Origin: Methanobacteriota archaeon
GTDB taxonomy: Archaea; Undinarchaeota; Undinarchaeia; Undinarchaeales; Undinarchaeaceae
Length of the DNA: 64,000 nucleotides
NCBI GenBank assembly: GCA_002687935.1
Contig: NZBN01000002.1
Location: forward strand, 38,484-102,483
Direction: 5' to 3'
Below the pieces are notes generated by a model. The model saw only the letters and a list, made by a program, of their open reading frames with translations, ran no database searches and was not told where the DNA came from. A program made the position numbers and the translations under genes. Shown here one piece after another: positions 7,967-17,963 of this stretch; position 1 is the first letter of the stretch, and every line of letters begins with the position of its first letter.

Positions 7967-9186
7967 GAAAAACTATTCTTCGCTCGTTTGAGGGCTTCTA
8001 TAAATGAGTCAACTTCCTCCATTGTATTGTAAATATAGAAGCTTGCCCGTGCGGTCGCTTCAATTCCCAGCATTTTCATCAGAGGCTGTGTGCAGTGGTG
8101 TCCTGCTCTTAATGCGATTCCCTCTTCATTCATCAAGGATGCTATATCATGGGCGTGGATTCCATCAAGAGTAAAAGAAACTATTCCAGTTCTTGATTCC
8201 TTAGGTGGACAATATATTTTTAATCCATCTAGTTTTTCCAGTTCATCTACAGCGTAATTCGCCAAGCGCATTTCATATGAATGTATTTCCGTCATCCCTA
8301 TCTTCTCAAGATAATCTATTGCTGCGGAAAATCCAATTGCCTGCGCAATTATAGGAGTTCCTGCCTCAAATTTCCATGGAAGTTCGTCCCAGACCGCCTT
8401 TTCATATGAAACTTCCTGTATCATACCCCCTCCTGTAATAAAGGGCTCCATTTCCTTCAAGTGCTCATGTTTCCCATATAACGCTCCTATTCCTGTCGGT
8501 CCGAGCATTTTGTGCCCAGAAAATGCAAAGAAGTCGCAGTCCAGCTCTTTAACATCAACTGGCATGTGAGGTGCGCTCTGTGCCCCATCTACATTTATCA
8601 AGGCAGAGTTTTCATGTGCAAGTTTTCCGAGTTTTTTTATATCGTTAAGTGTTCCGAGTGAGTTTGAAACATGTACAATTGAAACAATTTTTGTTTTATT
8701 TCCAATGAGCTCTTCAGCCTGCTCCATATCCAGAGTTAAGTCTTCATTCATCTCAATAAATTTCAAAGAAGCTCCTGTTTTTCTACATACTTCCTGCCAA
8801 GGAATTAAATTGCTATGGTGTTCCATCCGGCTCATCACAACTTCATCACCTTTCTCCAAATTATGCATTCCCCAGGACTTCGCGACTATATTTAGAGATT
8901 CGGTGGTATTTTTTGTGAATATGAGTTCCTCGATTGAGTTTCCTCCAATGAATTTGATAGCTTTGAGGTGGGCATTCTCATAGAGTTCTGAAGCTTCCTC
9001 ACTCAGAGTATGGACTCCTCTGTGAACGTTTGAATTACTTGTTTTGTAAAAATCGCTTATTGCATTTATAACACTGTTTGGTTTTTGTGTACTTGCTGCA
9101 TTGTCAAGGTACACTAGAGGCTTCCCATTAATTTTCCTTTGCAGTATCGGAAAATCTTCACGTATCTTACCGATATCAGGAGTCAT
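7963..9186 (-). CDS. sufS: Cysteine desulfurase, SufS (class II)
   Basis: YLDNAAST, FSGHKMLGPTG, RAGHHC. Confidence 0.95.
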   Translation of the reverse strand: MTPDIGKIREDFPILQRKINGKPLVYLDNAASTQKPNSVINAISDFYKTSNSNVHRGVHTLSEEASELYENAHLKAIKFIGGNSIEELIFTKNTTESLNIVAKSWGMHNLEKGDEVVMSRMEHHSNLIPWQEVCRKTGASLKFIEMNEDLTLDMEQAEELIGNKTKIVSIVHVSNSLGTLNDIKKLGKLAHENSALINVDGAQSAPHMPVDVKELDCDFFAFSGHKMLGPTGIGALYGKHEHLKEMEPFITGGGMIQEVSYEKAVWDELPWKFEAGTPIIAQAIGFSAAIDYLEKIGMTEIHSYEMRLANYAVDELEKLDGLKIYCPPKESRTGIVSFTLDGIHAHDIASLMNEEGIALRAGHHCTQPLMKMLGIEATARASFYIYNTMEEVDSFIEALKRAKNSFS

Positions 9187-10348
9187 TTATTTCTTCCACC
9201 TTCCCACCAATAAGCTTCCTAATATCTTTTGCGAACTCAGGCTCCATTTTTTGAACAAATGCGTCGAAAAAGCCTCCGACTTGCAGCTTTTTTGCTTCAT
9301 TTTTACTCAGACCTCTGGTCATAGAATAAAAAATGGCGTCTTCATCAAGTTGTCCTATTGATGTAGCGTGGCTACATCGGACATCATTGTTATCTATCTC
9401 CAAATAGGGTACTGCTGAAGCTTCAGCTTTTTCGCTCAAGAGTAGTGTTTCTTCTTCTTGAAATCCCTCTGAATTGCTGGCCCCTTCTCTTATTTTAATA
9501 AATCCTCTACTTACTGCCTTTGACTTCCCGTCTAGTGCTCCTATTACATGAAGCTTTGAATTTGTGTTTTTTCCAATGTGTTCAGAGTGCATATGGATGT
9601 CATATTTCTGGTCATTTCGTCCAAAGAACAACCCATATTGTGTTGTGCTCGCTCCACTTTCCTTTAGTTTTGAATTCAGAGTAGTTTTAGCAAATAAAGC
9701 TCCTAAATCACAAGTCATCCAATTGATATTTGAGTCTCTTTCTACATTTCCTTCAAAAGCAGATATAGACTTGCTCAGCTTTCCCAGATTTTGCATATTA
9801 CCATAATTTACTTCAGCGCCTTTCTTGGAGTATATTTGTACTTTCTCTGTTTTCAGTCCTGGGCCTCCAGTATTTCTTTTTATTATTGAGATTTTACTCA
9901 GTTCTTCGGCGAGGATAATTATGTGTTCTGCTCTAAATTCACTATTATTTGTACTTTCTATTCTCAGTACTTCATCATAATTCACTGAGCCCTCAGTTTT
10001 TATAAAAATTCCTTCACCCCAAAAAGCCTGGTGCAGAGCATCAGCTTTTGTTTCTGGTTTTTCTGTAAAAAGTTTGTCTTTGAGCCATTTCTCTTTTCTC
10101 GCAGCTTCAGCCAGTGTCATTGCAATCGAAGGACCTATTAGCACTGAGTTTATTTTTTTAGGATTTTTTTCACTTTCTGGAATTTTGAATCTGATATTGG
10201 AGTTCATTACTATATCTGGGCCATATTTGAATGATGGTTCAGGAACAGTTTCAAACATTTCAAGAGCCTCAAGTCTCCTTTTGAGAAGCCATTTTGGCTC
10301 TCCTGCGTTCTGGGAGTTTACTGAAATCTGCTCTATAATTGAATCCAT
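9176..10348 (-). CDS. sufD: Fe-S assembly protein SufD
   Basis: VPYLEIDNNDVRCSHATSIG and FYSMTRGL beta-helix core. Confidence 0.88.
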   Translation of the reverse strand: MDSIIEQISVNSQNAGEPKWLLKRRLEALEMFETVPEPSFKYGPDIVMNSNIRFKIPESEKNPKKINSVLIGPSIAMTLAEAARKEKWLKDKLFTEKPETKADALHQAFWGEGIFIKTEGSVNYDEVLRIESTNNSEFRAEHIIILAEELSKISIIKRNTGGPGLKTEKVQIYSKKGAEVNYGNMQNLGKLSKSISAFEGNVERDSNINWMTCDLGALFAKTTLNSKLKESGASTTQYGLFFGRNDQKYDIHMHSEHIGKNTNSKLHVIGALDGKSKAVSRGFIKIREGASNSEGFQEEETLLLSEKAEASAVPYLEIDNNDVRCSHATSIGQLDEDAIFYSMTRGLSKNEAKKLQVGGFFDAFVQKMEPEFAKDIRKLIGGKVEEINDS

Positions 10349-10349
10349 A

Positions 10350-11744
10350 CTATCCTATAGAATCCTCCATCTCCATCTCTATTAATCGGTTGAGTTCTAC
10401 AGCGTATTCAAGTGGAAGTTCCCTGACTATGGGTTCTATAAATCCTGAAACAATCATTTTCTTGGCTTCCTCTTCTGTCAGACCTCTTGACATAAGATAG
10501 AATATTTGCTCTGCGCTTATTTTTCCGACAGTCGCTTCGTGAGCTACATCTACCTTTTCTGTATCAACTTTCATGTAAGGATATGTGTTAGAAACTGAGC
10601 TGCCATCCATAAGGAGTGCATCACACTGGACGCTTGTTTTGCTTCCTTCAGCATTCTTCCCAATTTTTATGTGACCTCTGTAGGAAGATACTCCTCCGTC
10701 CTTACTGATACTTTTTGCTGTAATTGTTGATTTCGTGTTTGGTGCAAGATGATACATCTTACTTCCGGTATCTTGATTCTGATCTTCTCCTGAAAAGGCA
10801 ATTCCCAGGTAATCTGACTTGGCATTTTCTCCAATAAGCAGACTTGATGGATAAAGCATTGTAACACAACTACCCATATTCCCATTTACCCATTCTAAAA
10901 GTCCGTTCTTTTCTACAATTCCGCGTTTTGTGTTAAGATTGAAGGTGCTCTTGCTCCAATTTTCAACACTGCTGTATCTGCCTCTCGCCCCTTCTAATAT
11001 ATGTATCTCTACTCCGCCTGCGTGAAGTGAGAAATCATCATATCTTGGAGCTGAACATCCTTCAATATAATGAAAGCTTGAGTTCTTCTCAGCTATTATT
11101 AAAGTATGTTCAAATTGTCCCAGTTTTGCAGCATTCATTCTGAAATAAGCCTGTAATGGCATAGTTACTTTGACATTCTCAGGAACATAAAGAAAAGTCC
11201 CCCCACTCCATACCGCTCCATGGAGTGCCGCAAATTTATGAAGATTTGGCGGAATGCACTTTGTCATAAAATATTTTTTAACCAAGTCAGGGTGTGTTTG
11301 AACAGCCTCATCCATATCAAGAAAAATAACTCCTTGTTTCTCCCATTCCTCCTTGAGACTGTGATACACTACATCACTTTCATATTGGGCACCGACTCCA
11401 GCAAGAACTTTCTGTTCAGCTTCAGGAATTCCTAGCCTTTCAAATGTTTTTTTGATATCTTCAGGGACATCTTTCCAGTCCTTTGCGTTTTTTTCTGCAT
11501 CTGGGGAAGCGTAAAAACTGATTTTATCTAAGTCCAGTTTTTCAAGACTGGGTCCCCATTTAGGGTATTCTAGTTTATTGAATAATCCAAGAGATTTCAG
11601 GCGGTGTTCAAGCATCCATTCTGGTTCATTTTTCTCAGAAGAAATTTTTTTAACTACAGTTTCACTGATTCCAGGCTCAGCTTTAAAACGATGCCTCTCC
11701 GCATTCTTGTGTCCAAAAGTATCCCGATTTATATTTTTAGTCAT
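10350..11744 (-). CDS. sufB: Fe-S assembly protein SufB
   Basis: AQYESDVVY, QFEHTLII, YIEGCSAP, AHEATVGKI. Confidence 0.95.
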   Translation of the reverse strand: MTKNINRDTFGHKNAERHRFKAEPGISETVVKKISSEKNEPEWMLEHRLKSLGLFNKLEYPKWGPSLEKLDLDKISFYASPDAEKNAKDWKDVPEDIKKTFERLGIPEAEQKVLAGVGAQYESDVVYHSLKEEWEKQGVIFLDMDEAVQTHPDLVKKYFMTKCIPPNLHKFAALHGAVWSGGTFLYVPENVKVTMPLQAYFRMNAAKLGQFEHTLIIAEKNSSFHYIEGCSAPRYDDFSLHAGGVEIHILEGARGRYSSVENWSKSTFNLNTKRGIVEKNGLLEWVNGNMGSCVTMLYPSSLLIGENAKSDYLGIAFSGEDQNQDTGSKMYHLAPNTKSTITAKSISKDGGVSSYRGHIKIGKNAEGSKTSVQCDALLMDGSSVSNTYPYMKVDTEKVDVAHEATVGKISAEQIFYLMSRGLTEEEAKKMIVSGFIEPIVRELPLEYAVELNRLIEMEMEDSIG

Positions 11745-12133
11745 TTCACAATCTCTCTCTTTTCAGGGTCTAGGTGGCAGTCAGAACATATATTTTCAGC
11801 TTCAGGATCCCGTATTTTATGCAACTTGCATACAATATCCATCGTTTGCGGTAAATTTATGAGTCTCAGAAGTTCCTGCATAACACTGCTATCTACGTTT
11901 GAAATATTTCTTCCTGCCTTTTCTATTTCCTTCTGTGTTGCCTCAGCAAAACTTACTCGGTTTCCCCGCTTTAAATTTCTGTACTGAGAAATTGCACTAG
12001 GAGTAAGTCCCATTAAATTCGCTACATCCTTTTGTTTCATTTCCTGCGTTTCGATAAGCTGTATAGCGATTTCTCTCCTCAAAGCAGGCAATATATAATT
12101 TGCCTGTATGTCTTGTGGCAGTAATACTTTCAT
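11741..12133 (-). CDS. XRE-like HTH transcriptional regulator with Cys/His C-terminus
   Basis: MKQKDVANLMGLTPSAISQY helix-turn-helix; CKLH...CSDC tail; overlaps sufB start. Confidence 0.8.
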   Translation of the reverse strand: MKVLLPQDIQANYILPALRREIAIQLIETQEMKQKDVANLMGLTPSAISQYRNLKRGNRVSFAEATQKEIEKAGRNISNVDSSVMQELLRLINLPQTMDIVCKLHKIRDPEAENICSDCHLDPEKREIVK

Positions 12134-12175
12134 ATAATAATTAAGTTAACAGCCGTTAATAAAACTTATTATTCC

Positions 12176-12397
12176 CTAATCTTCCTGAGAAATAGCGTCA
12201 ACAGGGCAATACTCTATTGCATCCTCTATCTGGCCTTTTTTGTATTTTTTCTTTTTAATTACTTCTGCCTTTTCACCCTGTTCAGTCTGAACCATTTTAA
12301 AATCAGGATATTCAAAATTCACAGTCGGGCAAAGGCAACAACCTATACATTTTTCTTTATCTACGACTGGTTTTTTCTCAGTATATTCTTCACTCAT
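12176..12397 (-). CDS. Monocluster-type ferredoxin
   Basis: VDKEKCIGCCLC ... YCPVDAI. Confidence 0.85.
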   Translation of the reverse strand: MSEEYTEKKPVVDKEKCIGCCLCPTVNFEYPDFKMVQTEQGEKAEVIKKKKYKKGQIEDAIEYCPVDAISQED

Positions 12398-12434
12398 ACA
12401 GAATAAGTTCTGTAATTCCTTATAAGTTCTTGCA

Positions 12435-13127
12435 CTAAATCGGTGCAATCGACAATAGATAATTCAAGAAGTCAGAGAGTATGTAATTGTACAATATCCA
12501 ATTGAACATATATATCATGGCAATTTTTATCATAACTTCAGGTACCGGTCTTGCGGTTAAAACAAGTGTTAAAATTACGAAGAATACCATGTAAACTGTA
12601 AGGCTCAGGAAGTAGTAGAATCCAAGGTTTGAAAGAATTCCACGTGTTCCGACTAATTCAAAAATTACCATTACAACGAGTGACCAAATACTCAGATATA
12701 TCAACTGGGCTATAGCTACCTGACTGTCTTTAATCAAAGCGAAATCAATAAGCCTTGGCTTTGAATTTATCCTTATGATTATCGCAGTTGTTACAACAAT
12801 TATCGCGAGAACCAGCCAAAGATTGAAGTAAAGCATTAGTCCGAAGAGTATAATGTGCATAAAGGCTATGCCTATCCGGTTTAAAATGGACATTCGTGAT
12901 AAAAGGAAAATTACTGAAAGTAACAAAATAGCGTTTATTGCCTCGTTTTCCCCACCAACATTTGCAGTCCAGGCCAGCGTTATTAGTAAAGCAAGAAGAA
13001 AAACCATTATAATTGTTGCAATAAATTTTCCGGGGTTAGGACTTTTTGAAGAGTAGTTTCTCCCCCTTGTTACGGCATCCTTCATACCAAGTCCTCCTTC
13101 TAGTGTTGAGGCAAAATCTTTCCGCAT
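12435..13127 (-). CDS. Hypothetical multi-pass membrane protein (start may be 13085 after GGAGG)
   Basis: About six hydrophobic segments; no family recognised. Confidence 0.7.
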   Translation of the reverse strand: MRKDFASTLEGGLGMKDAVTRGRNYSSKSPNPGKFIATIIMVFLLALLITLAWTANVGGENEAINAILLLSVIFLLSRMSILNRIGIAFMHIILFGLMLYFNLWLVLAIIVVTTAIIIRINSKPRLIDFALIKDSQVAIAQLIYLSIWSLVVMVIFELVGTRGILSNLGFYYFLSLTVYMVFFVILTLVLTARPVPEVMIKIAMIYMFNWILYNYILSDFLNYLLSIAPI

Positions 13128-13147
13128 AGTCCACCACTGTTCTAGTA

Positions 13148-13606
13148 TTATTGCTTTGTCGTTTTATCTATCTTTGTATAGCCAAAATATAGTAAAGAAG
13201 CAAGGGCAAGTCCTATGAGAATCAGCCTGAGGTACTTATTCAGGAATCCCCAATATCTTAGTGTGGTGTAAATAAAGAGGAAAATTCCCCCGCTAAGAAT
13301 CCCTGAACCAACTGCGTCAAGACTCGTCAGTAGTATTCCTGCACTAATTGCAAGTATAGCAAATATTCCAAGAACTATGAAGGCCACTCTCGCATGTTTT
13401 TCATTTTCTATATTATAATCCTCTTCACAAGTTCTATAATCAGGATTGCTGTCAGGGTCAAAATTAAAGTCTCGAGTCTCATTCCTGTCCAAGAGGTCCC
13501 AGCAGGTATGTTCTGGACTTTCATAGAAAACTTCCATCCCATAGGCAAAGAATATAGTGAATACAAGACCGATACCGATAACGACGAAGAATTTTTTGAA
13601 TCCCAT
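13148..13606 (-). CDS. Hypothetical membrane protein
   Basis: N-terminal TM, loop with two Cys, three further TM helices. Confidence 0.7.
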   Translation of the reverse strand: MGFKKFFVVIGIGLVFTIFFAYGMEVFYESPEHTCWDLLDRNETRDFNFDPDSNPDYRTCEEDYNIENEKHARVAFIVLGIFAILAISAGILLTSLDAVGSGILSGGIFLFIYTTLRYWGFLNKYLRLILIGLALASLLYFGYTKIDKTTKQ

Positions 13607-13669
13607 GTTATACTCTAGTGGGAAATTTGTATATAAAGCTTTATTTACTTCAAGGTCAATTATCAAACT

Positions 13670-14569
13670 ATGTTCAGCATAACTTTTCTCGGAACAAGCT
13701 CAGGCACGCCTACCGTAGCGAGGGCGCATTCAGCAATCGCTCTCCAGCTGAATGGTGAGATAATCCTGTTTGACTGTGGAGAAGGGACACAAAGGCAGAT
13801 GATGAAGGCGAAAACATCTATGATGAAAGTCCGCAGAATTTTTATTACACACTGGCATGCTGACCATTCTCTTGGTCTTGGAGGTCTTATTCAGACAATG
13901 TCCTTGCTCGGAAGGACGGAAGCTCTTGAGATATATGGTCCCTGTGGAACGAAAAAATATATGAAAAGCCTTCTGGACGTTGGTCATTTTAATCCAAAAT
14001 ATCAGCTTCGCGTAAACGAGCTTAAGGATGGAGGAAAAGTTGAAGGAAAAGGATACAATGTCTTGGCAATAGACGCTAAACATTCTGTTCCTGCGCTAAG
14101 TTATCGCATGGATGAGCCCCAGAAGCCTGGAAAATTTGACAGGAAAAAGGCAGAGTCTTTTGGACTAAAACCACCTCAATTCGGTGAGCTTCAGCGCGGA
14201 AATACTCAAAAGGTTGGAAGAAAAACTATTAAGCCCTCATATGTCATGGGTCCGCTCAGAGAGGGCGCTTCTTTTGTTTATTCAGGGGACACAGCGTATA
14301 ATGAATCTCTTGTAAAATTGTCGAATAAGGCCACAGTCTTGGTCCACGAATCGAGTTTTGCCAATGATAAAAAAGACTTTGCCAAAGAAGTTATGCATTC
14401 AACAGCAGAGGATGCTGCGACTGTTGCAAAGAAGGCAGGAGTTAAAAATCTGGTTCTGACTCACATAAGTCCGCGTTATTTGGAAACAAAGACCCTTCTT
14501 AAGGAAGCCAGTAAAATTTTCAAAAATACTAGACTTGCAAAGGATTTCGACAAATTAGAATTTAAGTAG
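13670..14569 (+). CDS. rnz: Ribonuclease Z
   Basis: FLGTSSGTP, FDCGEGTQ, THWHADH, SGDT, HES, LTHISPRY. Confidence 0.95.
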   Translation: MFSITFLGTSSGTPTVARAHSAIALQLNGEIILFDCGEGTQRQMMKAKTSMMKVRRIFITHWHADHSLGLGGLIQTMSLLGRTEALEIYGPCGTKKYMKSLLDVGHFNPKYQLRVNELKDGGKVEGKGYNVLAIDAKHSVPALSYRMDEPQKPGKFDRKKAESFGLKPPQFGELQRGNTQKVGRKTIKPSYVMGPLREGASFVYSGDTAYNESLVKLSNKATVLVHESSFANDKKDFAKEVMHSTAEDAATVAKKAGVKNLVLTHISPRYLETKTLLKEASKIFKNTRLAKDFDKLEFK

Positions 14570-15403
14570 TTAACAGGCCGCCACTATTGTTGCAAATATT
14601 GACACGATGTAGGGTGCAGAATAAGCAAAAATAACTATGACTGGTATTGTCCAGGCTAAAATTGCTTTTACTGTGTCAAAACCCTGTGAAATTTTGCTTG
14701 CAAATGTCAGAGGGTAGAACCACAATATTCCTGCTAGTAAATATGCTATAAATATTACACATGCATTTGGTATTGCAGATACCATTGACATTAGAAATAC
14801 AATCGGTGCCATTGAAACTGCAATTAAATGAGATTGTTTTCGAAAGCTCTTCTTTCCTCCAATTGCCAGAGAGAAGAAATGCAGAATTGCGCTGAATGAA
14901 ATCCAGATAAGTATAGCTACAAGTGGGTTGACAAGAATATGTGTAAGTGAGTTCACAGCCCCTGCCTTTCCGAAAATCATGGAAATCCCAATTCCTGAGT
15001 TCAGTGGCTCACTTGACGCTCCTGTAAAAATTGTGATAATTACACTTATCAAACCTCCAATAATTCCTCCAAAAACACCGGCTATAGCGAGATGTGCGAT
15101 TGAATTTGGAAATTTTGCCAGCTTTTTCTGCTTTTCAAATATTGCAGAAGGAGATACGAAAACCCTTACCCATACTGTTAGATAATCAGAAATTCCAAAA
15201 TCCTTTTCTTTCAGGGGTTTTTTTATTGTCGCAACTGTCCCCCCTGGTGCCTGTACTGGCTTAGGTTTTTTAATTTCATCTATGGCTGTATCAATTTCTC
15301 TTACTTTGTGACCGAAGCTTACTAGGTGCTGCCTAATATTCTCCTCATCGTGACCTGAACTAATTTGCTTCTTTATATAATCTATCAATTCCTTTTTAGC
15401 CAT
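14570..15403 (-). CDS. YIP1-like membrane protein with N-terminal helical module
   Basis: P-x-x-x-F motif followed by 5 TM helices. Confidence 0.7.
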   Translation of the reverse strand: MAKKELIDYIKKQISSGHDEENIRQHLVSFGHKVREIDTAIDEIKKPKPVQAPGGTVATIKKPLKEKDFGISDYLTVWVRVFVSPSAIFEKQKKLAKFPNSIAHLAIAGVFGGIIGGLISVIITIFTGASSEPLNSGIGISMIFGKAGAVNSLTHILVNPLVAILIWISFSAILHFFSLAIGGKKSFRKQSHLIAVSMAPIVFLMSMVSAIPNACVIFIAYLLAGILWFYPLTFASKISQGFDTVKAILAWTIPVIVIFAYSAPYIVSIFATIVAAC

Positions 15404-15512
15404 ACTCTGCCTAAACTTTTCCCTTATATATCTCTTACTTCTGCTGTGTTCTGTAATGTTTTTATTTTATAATTGGTCAAATATTTAAACTCACTGCCAC
15501 AGAGCTTAGTTT

Positions 15513-16676
15513 ATGCAGGAAAATCCTTTTAGTGATTCCGTTCCGTCTCATCTTGCCATAGCGGCGACAGTTTATACAAGAGCTCTTTCAGACCTTGAAA
15601 AACTATCTGATACCAATAGGTCAAAGCTCTTCCTTGTGATTGGAGACTATGGAAATGGAAAGTCTCATGCGCTTGAAAAACTGAAGAATGATATAAATAT
15701 CCAAAAAAAGGACAAGCTTGCAGTTTATACTTCTGCGTTTGCTACGAAAAGCTTGAGACGAATTTATGAGCAGGTTTGTGCTGAACTAATTACAGGTAAA
15801 ATTGAAAAATTTGAAAAGGGGGTTGAAGCTCGTCTGGCAATGGTTTCCAAAGGAATTCCATCCAAGATAATTGAAATTTTCTATGAAGGAAACCACTTAA
15901 AAAATCTCGATGAAATTTCAGAAAGTCTCCCCTTTGGAAAAGTTGTAAATTCTTCTGCGGATGCAGTTGATTTCATCTGCGCAATAAGCCTTTTAGTTGG
16001 TCAGATGATTCTTCTTATAGATGATATTGAAGAAGCAAGTGTTCTTGAGAGAGCTGAACGCAAGGCATTTTTCGGACATATAAGGGCTCTTTATGACCAG
16101 TCAGTAAGAAAAGATTTGAATCTTAGTGTTATTTTGGCAATGACTTACAAAAAAGTTGAACTCCTCGAGGCAGATCGTCCTGATTTACTGGAGAGAACTG
16201 ACCATTTTATTGACTTCGTAAAGCCAAGTAAAAAAGAGTTTTTTGAGATGGTCAAACGGCGTCTTGAAGTAAGTGGTCTCGGTAATTATTCTTTTACAGA
16301 TGATGCACTTGAAACTACTTGGGAAAGTCTTCCTTCAATAAGGTCTATGTTTAATCTTCTTCGTGATAGTCTAGACAAGGCAGAAAAGGACGGTGTTGAA
16401 GAGATTAAATCTATAGTTATTCCTCAAAAGAAAAAATCTGAAATGGCAAGCGCCTTACAAAGGTCAGCCTACAAACCGGCAGACGATGAGATTGTTACAG
16501 TCCTACAAAAAAAGGATGGACTATACGTTGAGGAAATAGTGAGCAGAACTGAAATGAGTGCTTCTTGGATAAGACACAGACTTGCAGATTTGGTACGGGG
16601 AAATGTGCTTAGAAAGGAGCAGGAGGCGAGGAATAAGCCTGCCAAATACTATTTGGTTAAAGGTAAGAGCCGTTAA
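15513..16676 (+). CDS. P-loop ATPase (BrxD/DUF2791- or Cdc6-like AAA+) with C-terminal winged helix
   Basis: N-terminal NPF, Walker A GDYGNGKSH, Walker B LLIDDIEE, wHTH-like GLYVEEIVSRTEMSASWIRHRLADLV. Confidence 0.7.
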   Translation: MQENPFSDSVPSHLAIAATVYTRALSDLEKLSDTNRSKLFLVIGDYGNGKSHALEKLKNDINIQKKDKLAVYTSAFATKSLRRIYEQVCAELITGKIEKFEKGVEARLAMVSKGIPSKIIEIFYEGNHLKNLDEISESLPFGKVVNSSADAVDFICAISLLVGQMILLIDDIEEASVLERAERKAFFGHIRALYDQSVRKDLNLSVILAMTYKKVELLEADRPDLLERTDHFIDFVKPSKKEFFEMVKRRLEVSGLGNYSFTDDALETTWESLPSIRSMFNLLRDSLDKAEKDGVEEIKSIVIPQKKKSEMASALQRSAYKPADDEIVTVLQKKDGLYVEEIVSRTEMSASWIRHRLADLVRGNVLRKEQEARNKPAKYYLVKGKSR

Positions 16677-16681
16677 ATTAA

Positions 16682-17401
16682 ATGAGAATTGGAGTCAGAG
16701 TTTTTTCACTTTCAGTAGATGAAGAAGCCTATCTTTCTATAATCTATGGTCTGGAAAAAAACTATTCACTGATTGTAGACCCCAGGAAATTTGATACGCC
16801 ACTTAAGATAAATGCCCGTTTTAAAAACAAGGATGCTAAAATCAGATATATTGAACTCAACTCAAGTGGAATGGCTTATTTGGAATATAATGGTCTGAAA
16901 AAAAAGGCCGAAAAACATCTTGAAGACTTCAAAGTTCTTGTTTCTTCTATGCTTGGTGAAATCCAGGCAAAAGAAGAAGACTTTGAAATTGTTACTATGG
17001 AGCTTCTCTCTAGAAAAAAACCTCTTCTTCTTCCTCGAGACAAGGAAGAACTTCAAACATTCCGGCGTCTTGAAACAAAAAACGTTCTTTCACGGGCACA
17101 GCCAGTGAAATGTCCACGCTGTAGTCAGTCATTTCTGCTGTTGTATGAAAATCTAATCAAACCAGAAAAGCGAGTTCTCTGCTCCGACTGTATGTTTTGG
17201 TTTTCACCCAAAAAAGAGAAGGAAGTGTATGTCGTAAATGAGGAATATATGAAGGTTATGAGTGGCGTGTGGAATAAAGTTCAAAAAATAATAAATGCCA
17301 GTTGGAGGGAAGTTACAAGACACGGGCTTCCAATGATTGGTCGCGGGAGTGATGCCAATGAAAAAAAGTCTGAGAAAAAAACATCTATTAAAAAGAAGTG
17401 A
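16682..17401 (+). CDS. Hypothetical protein with zinc ribbon
   Basis: CPRC...CSDC; 5 nt downstream of the ATPase. Confidence 0.7.
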   Translation: MRIGVRVFSLSVDEEAYLSIIYGLEKNYSLIVDPRKFDTPLKINARFKNKDAKIRYIELNSSGMAYLEYNGLKKKAEKHLEDFKVLVSSMLGEIQAKEEDFEIVTMELLSRKKPLLLPRDKEELQTFRRLETKNVLSRAQPVKCPRCSQSFLLLYENLIKPEKRVLCSDCMFWFSPKKEKEVYVVNEEYMKVMSGVWNKVQKIINASWREVTRHGLPMIGRGSDANEKKSEKKTSIKKK

Positions 17402-17930
17402 AGTTCCACTTCCGTCAGTTCTTAAAAAAAGTGAAGTCATTGGAAAACGCTTGCTAGAACTTCCGGAATTTTCTAAAGCTTCAAAAATAATGCTTTATTC
17501 TTCAAAAGACTCCGAAGTTGATACTGCGTCTATCATTCGTTCTTGTATCCAATCTGAGAAGGAAGTATATCTCCCGAGGACTGATATAAAATCACGAAAA
17601 ATGGAGGCAGTTTTGATAAGTGAGTTCCCAGAGGATGTTGAAATTGCCTCATTCGGTCTTCTTGAACCAAAAAAAGACTTGAATGCTACTGAAAATCTCC
17701 GTGAAATAGATTTAGTCATAGTTCCGGGTGTAGCCTTCGACGAACGAGGAAACAGACTCGGGTATGGCTTCGGTTTTTATGATCGCTTTCTTACAGAGGT
17801 CAGAGCTCCAAAAATAGGTCTATCCTTTGAATCGCATGTTCTTGACTTAGTTCCTCAGGAATCACATGATGTCAGAGTAGATAAAATTGTTACTGAGCTT
17901 CGGATTATCGAATGTTCTAATTTTTCTTGA
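17352..17930 (+). CDS. 5-formyltetrahydrofolate cyclo-ligase
   Basis: YLPR, DLVIVPGVAFD...RLGYGFGFYDRFL, HDVRVD; GGAGTGA upstream of ATG. Confidence 0.93.
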   Translation: MPMKKSLRKKHLLKRSEVPLPSVLKKSEVIGKRLLELPEFSKASKIMLYSSKDSEVDTASIIRSCIQSEKEVYLPRTDIKSRKMEAVLISEFPEDVEIASFGLLEPKKDLNATENLREIDLVIVPGVAFDERGNRLGYGFGFYDRFLTEVRAPKIGLSFESHVLDLVPQESHDVRVDKIVTELRIIECSNFS

Positions 17931-17963
17931 AATTATATAAATGACGAGATACTACTCCGTTTT

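Noticed and set aside
15404-16676. Replication origin with an orc1/cdc6 gene
   Set aside because: The ATPase motifs look more BrxD/DUF2791-like, the intergenic region is only about 110 bp, and I saw no ORB repeats
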